64,000 bases of DNA, taken from contig CAZGTC010000005.1 in the NCBI GenBank assembly GCA_964528395.1, positions 80,840 to 144,839 of the forward strand. Direction: 5' to 3'. Positions 45,901-55,012 of the stretch are shown here, piece after piece. A model generated the notes under the pieces. The model saw only the letters and a list, made by a program, of their open reading frames with translations. It was not told the DNA's origin and made no database searches. The DNA comes from an uncultured bacterium (GTDB lineage Bacteria > Margulisbacteria > WOR-1 > CAZGTC01). Position numbers and translations under genes: made by a program. The stretch's first letter is position 1. Every line of letters starts with the position of its first letter.

Positions 45901-47702
45901 ACTTCTTCTTTGTTGGTGTATTGCTTTCCTCCTTCAATTATAAAAGTTACTTTTGGTTTCAGCATATCAATGCCAAATTTATATTCTTTAGAAAAATAAC
46001 TATCTTGGCTGTCTTTGGCAACAACATATAAATACCATTGGCCATTGTAAGGGGATCCAGAAATCATATTTATTTTTTGAGGATCAAAATAATTAATTGT
46101 TTCTATGTCCGTTGGCCCATAAAGAGTTTCGGCATTGTTATAGAGGGTGGCAATAAGATTAAGGGTATTTTCTTTTTCTTTCTTTTTAGCTTCGTCAATA
46201 ATTAGTTGGGAAGTTCTCGAAGTTTTGGTAACAATGTAAAAATAGGGTTTTGTTGCGAGTTGCGCTCCAGCGGTTAGTTTGGCAGCATAAGTAAATTCTG
46301 CAGGGGTTTTGCTGCTCCAGGAGTCTTTATTATGATTGGTGGGGGAGGTTATGGTGATGTCGGTAATTAGTGCTAAGGTGGTTTTATAATAAATAGTATA
46401 AGTTTTGTAGCTGCGATTTCCTAAGTTATCTTCTGCTCCTAAATAAACATAATAAGCTCCTGGTCCAGAGGTGAAGTTGATAGTTTCAGTTGTTTTTGTG
46501 TTATCAATTTTGTATTTATCTTGAAAAAGGTTTGTTTGGGGGTCTGATAGTGGATTAAGAGGATAAAGGACATAATAAATTTGTTTTAATCCCGAATTAT
46601 TTTGAGAGGGTAAATCGGTTATTGACCACGTTAGGTTAGCTCCAGTTTTATCGGTAAATATTTTTTCTGGGACATCGGCAGTTATTTTTATTTCGGGAGC
46701 TAGGTCATCAAAATTTATTTCATAGTAGGTTAAATTACTGTATCCGATATTGTTTACGGCTAGGGCATAAATATAGTTTTTTCCGCTGACGATTTTTGGA
46801 GATAGAGTTTCTTCTTGAGGTGGATTTGTCCAGTTTATCGCGGAGATGTTTTTCAGGTCGGTTTCGGTTTTATTATTAGTGGAGCTAACGAGAAAATGAT
46901 GTTTTAAGCTGGTGGTAGACCCTTCTTCCAGTTTTATTTTTATAATTGCGGAGGGGTTTTTGTACCAAATTGTATTGTCAGGATGGGAAGATGAGCTTAA
47001 TGAAATAATGGGTTTTCTATTTAAAAAATCAACTGAAAATTTAGTTGAAATCGCAGAAGAATTGTTTCCGGCTTTATCAACTGCAATTAAATTTAGATAA
47101 TAATCTCCTTTATCTATTCCAGAGAAAGGAATTTGGCTTCCTTTTAACCACGTGCTGTTTCCAAACCAATGGCTGCCAGTAGCATCGGTTTTATTGGGAT
47201 CATAGGTCATCAAAGGGGTTTCTGGAGATTTGGAAATAGTATATGCGTATCCTTCAATTCCACTAATAGGATCAGTCGCAAGGGAAAAGGCAACTTCTAT
47301 ATAACTTTTAGTAGAATTTCCATATATTATTGTTGCGTTTAAATTTTTAGGAGGATTAGGAAGGGTGTTATCAAATTTTAAACTAAAAGATTGAGATCCA
47401 AGTTCTTGTGCGCCAATAATTCCTCCGGGTGCTTTATAAGCTTTTACTGTAAGGGTATGGCTATTGTTTAGTAGATGGGTATCTATTTTTACGGTTCCGG
47501 TTGTTGTTTGTTGAGGGGCGTTGCTATCAATATAATATTCAATATAGTCAGCTCCTGTTAATGCCCAGCGGAAAGTTAAATTTTTAGCATGCCAACCATT
47601 TAAATAATCTTCTACTGTAACAAAAGTTGCAGCTTCGGTGATTTGAAAAAATATTAAACATGAAAAAAGCATTAGAATAAAAAAAAATCTTATTGATTTC
47701 AT
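42921..47702 (-). CDS. Giant secreted surface protein (1593 aa) with multiple Ig-like/FN3-like domains and a C-terminal FlgD-Ig/T9SS-type sorting domain
   Basis: Signal peptide, a BIG2-like segment, and the C-terminus NYPNPFKP...ITLYLYNIAGEQV...NGVYLLAITSGGKVLARGEIAVFE. Confidence 0.75.
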   Translation of the reverse strand: MKSIRFFFILMLFSCLIFFQITEAATFVTVEDYLNGWHAKNLTFRWALTGADYIEYYIDSNAPQQTTTGTVKIDTHLLNNSHTLTVKAYKAPGGIIGAQELGSQSFSLKFDNTLPNPPKNLNATIIYGNSTKSYIEVAFSLATDPISGIEGYAYTISKSPETPLMTYDPNKTDATGSHWFGNSTWLKGSQIPFSGIDKGDYYLNLIAVDKAGNNSSAISTKFSVDFLNRKPIISLSSSSHPDNTIWYKNPSAIIKIKLEEGSTTSLKHHFLVSSTNNKTETDLKNISAINWTNPPQEETLSPKIVSGKNYIYALAVNNIGYSNLTYYEINFDDLAPEIKITADVPEKIFTDKTGANLTWSITDLPSQNNSGLKQIYYVLYPLNPLSDPQTNLFQDKYKIDNTKTTETINFTSGPGAYYVYLGAEDNLGNRSYKTYTIYYKTTLALITDITITSPTNHNKDSWSSKTPAEFTYAAKLTAGAQLATKPYFYIVTKTSRTSQLIIDEAKKKEKENTLNLIATLYNNAETLYGPTDIETINYFDPQKINMISGSPYNGQWYLYVVAKDSQDSYFSKEYKFGIDMLKPKVTFIIEGGKQYTNKEEVSLTITPTALSPIKKMDIMNYIADPALAAGFNPSAHTNVTHFSAFSSPQKWKLSTYNGIEGKKIVGVAVANETEEWSNIEIASIEVDTTPPTASANFPRTLYIKDKGTISWNAEDKGISPSGLGETQIIKSTIFGGLPFPVTFQTVKAGEKSFTFEKMPEEKIDFRLDIYDKAGNYTLLQYKNISYYTLIIDRTPPDISINKSNLKIEGALEENNRFIIGSKEFTIKWAPGTDTLSGIEKYVIQFKREGEPDAFYELPDRTLSTIAFDKNKNEYAEKITLPYEGYFLLKLLAIDKCGNIGTFVSKLIDVDPNTLIQKFSLTEYPKSPKYAIDFELALNSNLSQFFGLYLEGNPKPLDEGSGSTSSKSFENIITPLKEGKYKFTLKVLDKKNLTTTIEKTVTIDTTPPNAIDTIKAYADSSKKDIIEENKSYGYENPYFEWTAPADNLSGIQGYLVSISEDSKKEPTDTITDIKYQAKNLVSGKTYYLNVKALDNAGLSSAIKTFTYAMPQPESIQIKDKGISIVRGAKFTFSAKAYDNKNQEIIGYSSFSWEKTEGEGDINKDTGEFTASNTLGKVKIKAASDNGKTDEIEINITEEPVKIEIDPAQGAKTATDQSFTFTVIGKDAANNTVIINPSWTASPAPANIQGSGNQGIFSANQKGTYTVSAQYKQLKASANIEVYQADHTPPDSFNLLEPSNQKRINKEEPITLKWELTKDDPNGSGMDKYEIMLNGTKIGETDTKTNTYTIPAKDLKDGTYTWIVAAFDKLGNKREAAPFTFIVNIKGPIITVKIDNREVNNGDIINANPKFTIELQDPNGVKKDSIKLTLNGKAVSQGLSIQSASSASDINIIAAYAPTEKLSEGKNTLFIEAYDTENYKTEREINDLTVMAGLSIIGSPRNYPNPFKPSSGESTNIVYTLSQDAEITLYLYNIAGEQVWRKALLPGQEGAHPGENSVAWNGKDFSNEIVGNGVYLLAITSGGKVLARGEIAVFE

Positions 47703-48090
47703 GTATTACCTCCAGATTTGTTGAGTGACTCTCATTCTAGCTAAAAAAAGAGGAAAATGGAATAGAGGCCTCACCCTGTCCAGATGTTAATTGTTGGCTG
47801 TTAGTTTTGCGTCCCTCTCCTGCAGAGAGGGAAAAATTTTACGCGAAGGCGTAATTGATAGTTTAGCGTCGACTATCAACCATATATGTATTCAGTTCTT
47901 TTGCAAAAAAAATGTTTCCTTCTCCGCGTAGCCACCCCTCTTAGGGGCGGGAAATATTAATTACATTTGTCGCGCTCACTTCAACAACTCTGAATACTTA
48001 CTTTTTTTGTGTTTGACTCCTTTTGTAAAATATGCTATTAGTAATAGCATATTTTAAGCAAAAATATGTCATTAGAAATAGGAGATATTT

Positions 48091-49377
48091 ATGGAAATTG
48101 AAGTTTTAAAGAAAGTGATTATTGGACAGAGGGAAGAAATTGATGATCTTTTTAAAAGAGAAAGAATTATTGAAAGGGATATAGATAAAGAAGAACTCTT
48201 GAAATTCTTAAAATATCCCAATGTACTTATTATTTCTGGAGTTCGAAGGAGTGGTAAATCTATATTGGCAATGTCTTTGCCAGGAAAAGAGAAATACGGA
48301 TATATTAATTTTGACGACGAACGTTTATCCGATTTTAAGAGTGATGATTTTGATAGATTGTTACAAAGTTTTTATGAGCTTTATGGGGAAGAACTAAGTT
48401 TTTTTGTTTTTGATGAAATTCAAAACATAAAAAATTGGCAGTTGTTTATAAATCGATTAAGAAGAACAAAAAAAATTATAATTACTGGCAGCAATGCTAA
48501 TCTTTTATCCGGTGAATTAGCTACATATCTTACCGGCCGTTATATCGATGTTACTTTGTATCCATTTTCTTTCAAAGAATTTTTGGCATTAAAAGGAGAA
48601 ATAATCCAAAAAGTTGATGAGTATTCAACAATTAAAATTTCTCGAATAAAAAATCTATTGAAGGAATATTTAGATTATGGCGGATTTCCCGAAGTATATA
48701 AATTTGGGAAAAGAATTATTGAAAAAGTTTACGAAGATATAATTAATAAAGACATTCTTTTACATTATAAGCTTAGAAATAAATCTGCTTTTAAAGAAAT
48801 GTCAAAATATCTTTTGTCTAATTTTGGTGCGGAAATGAGCTATTCAAAATTAAAAAATATTTTTTCCATTAAGAATGTCCATACTATAAAAAATTACGTC
48901 GATTATTTATCCGCCACATATTTGATGCTGATTATTGAAAAGTTTTCTTATAAACTTAAACAACAATTTTTGGCAACGAAAAAAGTTTATGCCATAGATA
49001 CAGGATTAATCAATTTTTTGAGTTTTCAATTTTCTGAGAATATTGGACGTATTATGGAAAATGTTGTTTTTCTTGAGCTTTTGCGTAAAAAGGAGATGCA
49101 TGATAAAAAAACTGACATTTATTTTTGGAAGAATTATCAAGGAGAAGAAATAGATTTCATTCTTAGAGAAGGAAACACAGTGCGAGAACTTATACAAGTT
49201 TCTTTTAGTTTAGGTAGCTTTGATACTAAAAAAAGGGAGCTAGGATCATTAATAAAAGCAAGCGAGGAATTGAAGTGCCATAATTTAACTCTTATAACTT
49301 GGGAAGAATCGAAAAAGGAAAAATTTATGAACAAAATAATAGAAATTATACCTCTTTGGAAATGGCTCTTAAAATAA
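48091..49377 (+). CDS. AAA+ ATPase with C-terminal DUF4143
   Basis: ISGVRRSGKS Walker A and FVFDEIQ Walker B. Confidence 0.75.
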   Translation: MEIEVLKKVIIGQREEIDDLFKRERIIERDIDKEELLKFLKYPNVLIISGVRRSGKSILAMSLPGKEKYGYINFDDERLSDFKSDDFDRLLQSFYELYGEELSFFVFDEIQNIKNWQLFINRLRRTKKIIITGSNANLLSGELATYLTGRYIDVTLYPFSFKEFLALKGEIIQKVDEYSTIKISRIKNLLKEYLDYGGFPEVYKFGKRIIEKVYEDIINKDILLHYKLRNKSAFKEMSKYLLSNFGAEMSYSKLKNIFSIKNVHTIKNYVDYLSATYLMLIIEKFSYKLKQQFLATKKVYAIDTGLINFLSFQFSENIGRIMENVVFLELLRKKEMHDKKTDIYFWKNYQGEEIDFILREGNTVRELIQVSFSLGSFDTKKRELGSLIKASEELKCHNLTLITWEESKKEKFMNKIIEIIPLWKWLLK

Positions 49378-49383
49378 ATTAGG

Positions 49384-49962
49384 CTACGCAAAGGTGCTGA
49401 AGCTAGACGCGTCCCAGCCATTAGCATCGTATTTGGGGTATTCGAGCTGGCCGGCTATGTGCAGGTTTATCATTTGCCGCAGGATTTCCATTTCAGTGGG
49501 GGTTATATTTTCGGATAATTTGGGCCGGCCGGTTTTTATATCAATTACTGTGATGCCGTGATTATTAATTACCAATATCTCAACTGGCAGGACCTGGTTG
49601 TATCCCACCACTTCAAAAGCGCGCAGCTCGGGGTTGTAGCGGTCTTTTAAACCAATGATAAAAAGATATTTTTGCCCCTGTTTTAAATCCTGCTCTGAAG
49701 GAAAAGCTTCTCCCTCGGGGTGGGTGTGGTAAACCCCAAAATATTGGAGATTGTGCTTGGTAAAAAAGCCATAGGCCCTTTCCATGTCTTCGTTGGTTAG
49801 GCCATAGGTTTGGGTGCGGTCCCCGAGGAATTTATTCGGCTCGGGCAGGACCCCAAGAACCGTGTCTTCCCGCCCTCCCAAAAACCCGCCAGTTTCCTTA
49901 GGATAGCAAGCCTGGGCCTGCTGCATGATTATTTCGTATTGACGCTGGGTAATCCTAAACAT
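49384..49962 (-). CDS. JAB/MPN+ (JAMM) family metalloprotease
   Basis: Complete JAMM motif: E in KETGGFLGG, then VYHTHPEGEAFPSEQD (H-x-H...S-x-x-D). Confidence 0.7.
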   Translation of the reverse strand: MFRITQRQYEIIMQQAQACYPKETGGFLGGREDTVLGVLPEPNKFLGDRTQTYGLTNEDMERAYGFFTKHNLQYFGVYHTHPEGEAFPSEQDLKQGQKYLFIIGLKDRYNPELRAFEVVGYNQVLPVEILVINNHGITVIDIKTGRPKLSENITPTEMEILRQMINLHIAGQLEYPKYDANGWDASSFSTFA

Positions 49963-50397
49963 TTAAGCGCTTAGTTTTTCTTTTACAATTTTCGATACGA
50001 GTGAATTGTCGATTCCGGGATAATTGGCTCCGATTTCCTTCATGACTTTTCCCATGTCTTTGATCGAAGCAGCTCCGAGTTTTTGGATGGTGTCAGCCAC
50101 GGCTTTTTTAATTTCTTCTTCGGATAATTGTTTAGGCAGATATGTCTTTACGATGGCAAGTTCGCTTTCCAGAACCAAAACTTCGTCCAAGCGGTTCACT
50201 TTCCGCGTTTCAGCAATGGCTTCTTCCAGACTTTTAGCATACTTGCTGATGATTTTTATAATTTCTGCGTCCTCTAGATCGCCGCGGGCATTCACATTCA
50301 GAATCTTGCTTTTTACCATGCGCAAGACCGAGAGTTTTAGCTCATCTTTTTGTTTCATGGCTTGAATAATATCGGAACTGATTTGTTGGAATAACAT
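49963..50397 (-). CDS. GatB/YqeY domain protein
   Basis: YqeY-like sequence throughout; size 144 aa. Confidence 0.8.
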   Translation of the reverse strand: MLFQQISSDIIQAMKQKDELKLSVLRMVKSKILNVNARGDLEDAEIIKIISKYAKSLEEAIAETRKVNRLDEVLVLESELAIVKTYLPKQLSEEEIKKAVADTIQKLGAASIKDMGKVMKEIGANYPGIDNSLVSKIVKEKLSA

Positions 50398-50450
50398 ATT
50401 TTTTCTCCTTTCAAAAATAGGCTCTAATTATAGCATGTTATAATTGTGCG

Positions 50451-51533
50451 ATGTTTAAATTTGAAGTTTTAAAAAAGAGCAAAAAGAGCAAAGCGCGCAT
50501 TGGCAGAATCCATACTCCACATGGGATTGTGGATACTCCGACTTTTTGTCCAGTGGGCACGCAGGGAACCGTTAAAACTATTTTCCCCCGAGATGTCCGC
50601 GAGGCTGGCGCACAGATGGTTTTGGCCAATACTTACCATTTATTTCTTAGGCCTGGGCCAGAGGTAGTAAAAGCTGCGGGCGGGATCCAGAAATTTATGG
50701 GGTGGAATGGGCCAGTGATGACAGATTCGGGCGGATTTCAAGTTTTTAGTTTGGCTAAGATCAGAGAATTAAATGATGAAGGCGTAACTTTTCAATCGCA
50801 TATTGACGGCGTTTACCATCATTTTACTCCGGAAAAAGTCATTGATATCCAATTAGCCTATGGCTCGGACATTATTCTGCCATTGGACGAATGCCCTCCG
50901 TATCCAAGCACTAAAGATGAAGTTAATAATGCTGTAAAACGAACAACGGAATGGGCAAAAAGAAGTTTAAAACAGATGCAGAGCACAGAGCACAGAACAC
51001 TGAACACAGTTTTGTTTGGGATAGTACAAGGCGGGGTATACGATGATCTTCGAAAAGAATCCGCTAAACAAATTCAAGATTTGAATTTTCCCGGTTATGG
51101 GATTGGCGGAGTGTCAGTGGGCGAGCCGCGGGAGGATATGTATCGAACCGTGGATGTTGTTACGGATATTTTGGAAAGTGATAAGCCGCGGCATCTGCTT
51201 GGGGTGGGGTTTGAAGATGATATTGTAGAGGGCATTAAGCTGGGGATTGATACTTTTGACTGCGTAATTCCGACTCGCTTGGCGCGGCATGGGACGTATA
51301 TTGGGTCAGAGGGGCATAAGTCGGTTAAGCAATCTGATTTTACAAAAGATTTTCGGCCGCTGGTGGCGGGGTGCGACTGCTACACCTGCCAGAATTTTTC
51401 GCGTGCTTATCTTCGCCATCTTTTTATGGCGCACGAAATATTATCCTACACTCTTTTAACCCTGCACAATATCCGCTACCTGATGAACCTAGTTTCTCAT
51501 CTGCGCGAACAAATAAAAACTGATCAGATCTGA
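50451..51533 (+). CDS. tgt: Queuine tRNA-ribosyltransferase
   Basis: HTPHGIVDTPTFCPVGTQGTVK, GGFQ, and the zinc site CDCYTC...H. Confidence 0.9.
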   Translation: MFKFEVLKKSKKSKARIGRIHTPHGIVDTPTFCPVGTQGTVKTIFPRDVREAGAQMVLANTYHLFLRPGPEVVKAAGGIQKFMGWNGPVMTDSGGFQVFSLAKIRELNDEGVTFQSHIDGVYHHFTPEKVIDIQLAYGSDIILPLDECPPYPSTKDEVNNAVKRTTEWAKRSLKQMQSTEHRTLNTVLFGIVQGGVYDDLRKESAKQIQDLNFPGYGIGGVSVGEPREDMYRTVDVVTDILESDKPRHLLGVGFEDDIVEGIKLGIDTFDCVIPTRLARHGTYIGSEGHKSVKQSDFTKDFRPLVAGCDCYTCQNFSRAYLRHLFMAHEILSYTLLTLHNIRYLMNLVSHLREQIKTDQI

Positions 51534-51642
51534 AATTTCACCCCATTTTTGACGATAATTATAGTAGTGGATGCAAGAAACAAGGTTTGTAAAACGATTA
51601 TATAGCTTGTAAAAATAAAGATTCCCTAGGAGGAACAAAATT

Positions 51643-52917
51643 ATGGCTATAAATGGAAACGGCAAGACCCCGCCTTTAGGTTCTCGTGCTGTAAGATTAC
51701 GTATTCCTACAGGAGAATTTGCTTCTTCTTTACAATCCACACGATTACATATTCCAGAGCCTGTTAAATTAACGCCAGAAGCTAAATTAGTTTTCGATAG
51801 AATGAAACAAGCAGCTCAACCGGATTTAACTCCAAGACCAATAGATCCTTTGGAACTCACGCGATATATTAATGTTGAGCCGGTTCAAAAAAAGCTTGAA
51901 CAAATGAACGAGCAGCATCAAGAAAGGCTTTTAGGAGAAAAAGCAGGAAGCACCAATTTGCTTAAATGGCAGGTTGATACGGCGATAGGCAGCTTGCATG
52001 AAAAAAATGAAGATGCTGCAGCCGTGAGTCGGATTAAAATTTTCTTGAAGGATAAGAACGGTAGAGCAATTCAAAAAGAAGCCCTATTGGCAGTTGTTTG
52101 TGATGGAGTTTCGCGTTCTCACAGAGGTGGAAGCGGGGCTTTGGCTAGTATAAAAGCAGTGGAAGATTTTATGTTCTCTATTTTGGCGAAATTTTCATAT
52201 CAAGATTTGAGTAATTGGTCGCCAGAATCCATATTGGATGAGATAAAAAAATCTGTAGAAAGTACAAATGAGCAAATAAAAAATATTGAAGGCGCTGGCA
52301 ATACTACTATAGCTGCAAGCTTGATCATAGAAAATAAGTTGTATGTAGTTTATGCGGGAGATTCCAGATTATATGTTCTAAGGGGAGAGCAAATAGCGGC
52401 CATGACGCTTGATCATTCTCTTAAGCAACAACTGGCTCAATTTGGCATAACGGGTACGGTGCTTCACGGATTAAGTGCTATGCTTGGGCGGATACCAGAA
52501 GAAAACCATTTTGTTGGTTCTTCTGTAGCAAAAGGAGTAATAGAAATTAACCTACCATTTAGTTTATTTGAGCAAACTCCAATAGAAGAAGTTTCTCCAA
52601 ATAATCCAATTTATCGGGACGCCCAGAATGATTTTATTTTGTTGGGACAAAATATAGGGGGAGGGGATGCGCGTAAAAGTTCGCTGGAGGGTTTGAAAAC
52701 TGCTTGTTTTGAGCTCCAGCCAAACGATTTTATCTTTATAGTATCAGATGGGGTTCCATTTGGAGATCTTTTGCCAGCAGCTAGAATGGTTGCTTCAGGG
52801 ACACTTCAGGCCGCGGCAGCTGAAGCAATTAAAAAAGCAAGAGAAAACGCAGCTAATACAGATAATGCTACTGTGATTGCGATTTCTTTTGATTATGGAA
52901 ACAGGAAAAAAAGTTAA
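51643..52917 (+). CDS. PP2C-family Ser/Thr phosphatase with a ~130-aa N-terminal extension
   Basis: NEDAAAV, VCDGVSRSHRGGSGA, AGDSRLYVL...TLDHS, IVSDGV and DNATVIAI motifs. Confidence 0.75.
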   Translation: MAINGNGKTPPLGSRAVRLRIPTGEFASSLQSTRLHIPEPVKLTPEAKLVFDRMKQAAQPDLTPRPIDPLELTRYINVEPVQKKLEQMNEQHQERLLGEKAGSTNLLKWQVDTAIGSLHEKNEDAAAVSRIKIFLKDKNGRAIQKEALLAVVCDGVSRSHRGGSGALASIKAVEDFMFSILAKFSYQDLSNWSPESILDEIKKSVESTNEQIKNIEGAGNTTIAASLIIENKLYVVYAGDSRLYVLRGEQIAAMTLDHSLKQQLAQFGITGTVLHGLSAMLGRIPEENHFVGSSVAKGVIEINLPFSLFEQTPIEEVSPNNPIYRDAQNDFILLGQNIGGGDARKSSLEGLKTACFELQPNDFIFIVSDGVPFGDLLPAARMVASGTLQAAAAEAIKKARENAANTDNATVIAISFDYGNRKKS

Positions 52918-52920
52918 AGT

Positions 52921-52956
52921 ACCCCCCCCCTTTTTTTTATTATACCTGCAGGTATA
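52921..52956. repeat. C9-T8 homopolymer junction followed by the 16-bp palindrome tatacctgcaggtata
   Basis: Read directly. Lies upstream of the endonuclease Q-like gene. Confidence 0.7.
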
Positions 52957-52994
52957 GGAGAAAAACTTTCTTCTATTCTGATATACTGTCCCTC

Positions 52995-54185
52995 ATGCCA
53001 TTTATCGCTGATTTTCACATCCACACCAAATACTCCCGCGCCACCTCCCCGGATATGGATCTCGAGCATCTTTCCAAATGGGCCAAGATTAAAGGCATTG
53101 ATGTTATAGGCACCGGCGACTTTACCCATCCTCTCTGGATCAAAGAATTAAAACAAAAATTAAAATCCCTGGGCAATGGCCTTTTTGAGTTTGATGGCAC
53201 CAAATTTATCTTAACTGTAGAAATTGCTGGGATTTATAAGCAGGGTGGAGAAGTGCGAAAGATTCACAATTTATTAATTGTTCCGTCATTTGAAACTGCG
53301 GATAAAATTATTGCCCAGCTTTCAAAAATCGGGAATCTCCATTCCGATGGCCGGCCGATTTTAGGATTGTCTGCCAAAAAGCTCTTGGAAATAGTTTTGG
53401 AAATTGATAAAACTGCCATGGTTATTCCTTGTCATGCCTGGACTCCGTGGTTTTCAATCTTCGGTTCAAAGTCCGGTTTTGATTCTTTGGAAGAATGTTT
53501 TGAAGAATATACTAAATATGTTTTTGCCATTGAAACTGGACTATCTTCTGACCCAGCCATGAACTGGCGGCTTTCGCAACTGGATAATATTGCTTTGATT
53601 TCAAACTCTGATGCGCATTCCCCGGCAAAATTGGGCCGCGAAGCCAATGTGTTTGATTGCGATATGGACTATAAATCAATTAGAAACGCGCTCAAGACCA
53701 AAGACCCCTCAAAGTTTTTGCGCACGATTGAATTTTTTCCCGAAGAAGGCAAATACCATTTTGACGGGCATCGGGATTGCGATATTTTATGGGATCCCAA
53801 GCAAACCAAAAAACATAATAAGATTTGTCCGGTTTGTAAAACCGAAGTTACCGTTGGAGTTTTGCATCGCGTGGATGATCTGGCGGATCGCGACAATGGT
53901 TTTAAGCCAAAAAATGCGATTCCTTATTTATCCATTATTCCCTTGGTTGAACTGATCGCAGAAGCTTTTGGCAAAAGGCCGGCCGCTAAAGCTGTTCAAA
54001 TAGAATACGATAAGATCATTTCTTTGCTTGGCCCGGAATTTTCCATTCTTTTGGATGTTCCCTTTGAAAAGATTCAATCCGCAGCTGAACCAAAAGTTTT
54101 TGAAGCCATAAAAAGGATGCGGGCCGGGCAGGTTAATATTCGCCCGGGCTATGACGGGGTTTTTGGGCAAATTAAGATCTTTTAG
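52995..54185 (+). CDS. Endonuclease Q-like PHP-domain nuclease with a zinc finger
   Basis: N-terminus ADFHIHTKYSRATSPDMDLEHLSKWAKIKGIDVIGTGDFTHPLW matches the EndoQ (Pyrococcus/Bacillus pumilus) pattern DxHxHxxxS...G...GTGD. CPVCKTE zinc finger. Confidence 0.65.
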   Translation: MPFIADFHIHTKYSRATSPDMDLEHLSKWAKIKGIDVIGTGDFTHPLWIKELKQKLKSLGNGLFEFDGTKFILTVEIAGIYKQGGEVRKIHNLLIVPSFETADKIIAQLSKIGNLHSDGRPILGLSAKKLLEIVLEIDKTAMVIPCHAWTPWFSIFGSKSGFDSLEECFEEYTKYVFAIETGLSSDPAMNWRLSQLDNIALISNSDAHSPAKLGREANVFDCDMDYKSIRNALKTKDPSKFLRTIEFFPEEGKYHFDGHRDCDILWDPKQTKKHNKICPVCKTEVTVGVLHRVDDLADRDNGFKPKNAIPYLSIIPLVELIAEAFGKRPAAKAVQIEYDKIISLLGPEFSILLDVPFEKIQSAAEPKVFEAIKRMRAGQVNIRPGYDGVFGQIKIF

Positions 54186-54195
54186 TCTCTTTTGA

Positions 54196-54960
54196 TTGTA
54201 TGCTATACTCTTAAAAAAAGGGGGCAAAGTGAATGCCAAGACAACGACAAAAAGAAATATCGCGCCGCAGAATTCGACGTCGCAAAAGATTAAAACAGAA
54301 AAACTCAAAATAAATCCGAAAAGCCTTTTGCTTAGCACAATTTATAAAGCTCTGTTTAAAAAGTTTGGTCCGCAGGGGTGGTGGCCGGGTGATACGCCGC
54401 TTGAGATAGCCATTGGCGCGATTTTGACCCAGCAAACTACTTGGAAAAATGTGGAAAAAGCCATTGCCAGCCTAAAAAAAGCCAAAGCTTTGTCAGCTAA
54501 GGCGATTTGGGATCTGCCGGATAAAGAAGTTGAAGCTTTAATCCGTTCGGCAGGGTATTTCCGCCAAAAAACCAAAAAATTAAAAATATTTTGCCAGCAT
54601 CTTTTGCGTTATTATGATGGAAAAATTGAAGCTTTGGTGGAAAAACCTTTAGAAGAAGCTAGAAAAGAACTTTTGCACCTTTGGGGCATTGGCGATGAAA
54701 CCGCGGATTCAATCCTCTGCTATGCCGGGAACCGCAAAACTTTTGTAATTGATGCTTATACCAAGAGAATCTTTTCCCGCTTAAAAATTCTTACCACCGA
54801 CAGCTATGAAAAGCTCAAGCGCTTTTGCGAAGAAAAACTTCCGCAAGATTTATATGTTTATCAGGAATTTCACGCGCTCCTGGTTGCTTTGGGAAAAGAT
54901 TTTTGCAAGCCTCGGCCGAAGTGCGACAAATGCCCGCTTTCCAAGGCTTGCAGGGCCTAG
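54196..54960 (+). CDS. HhH-GPD-superfamily DNA glycosylase (endonuclease III/MagIII-like) with a C-terminal 4Cys cluster loop
   Basis: AILTQQTTW, LWGIGDETADSILCYA and CKPRPKCDKCPLSKAC motifs. Confidence 0.7.
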   Translation: MYAILLKKGGKVNAKTTTKRNIAPQNSTSQKIKTEKLKINPKSLLLSTIYKALFKKFGPQGWWPGDTPLEIAIGAILTQQTTWKNVEKAIASLKKAKALSAKAIWDLPDKEVEALIRSAGYFRQKTKKLKIFCQHLLRYYDGKIEALVEKPLEEARKELLHLWGIGDETADSILCYAGNRKTFVIDAYTKRIFSRLKILTTDSYEKLKRFCEEKLPQDLYVYQEFHALLVALGKDFCKPRPKCDKCPLSKACRA

Positions 54961-55012
54961 CTTAAATAGCGTATAATATCTCTTCCAAATTCGTTTTCCG
55001 GAGGGTATTTTT

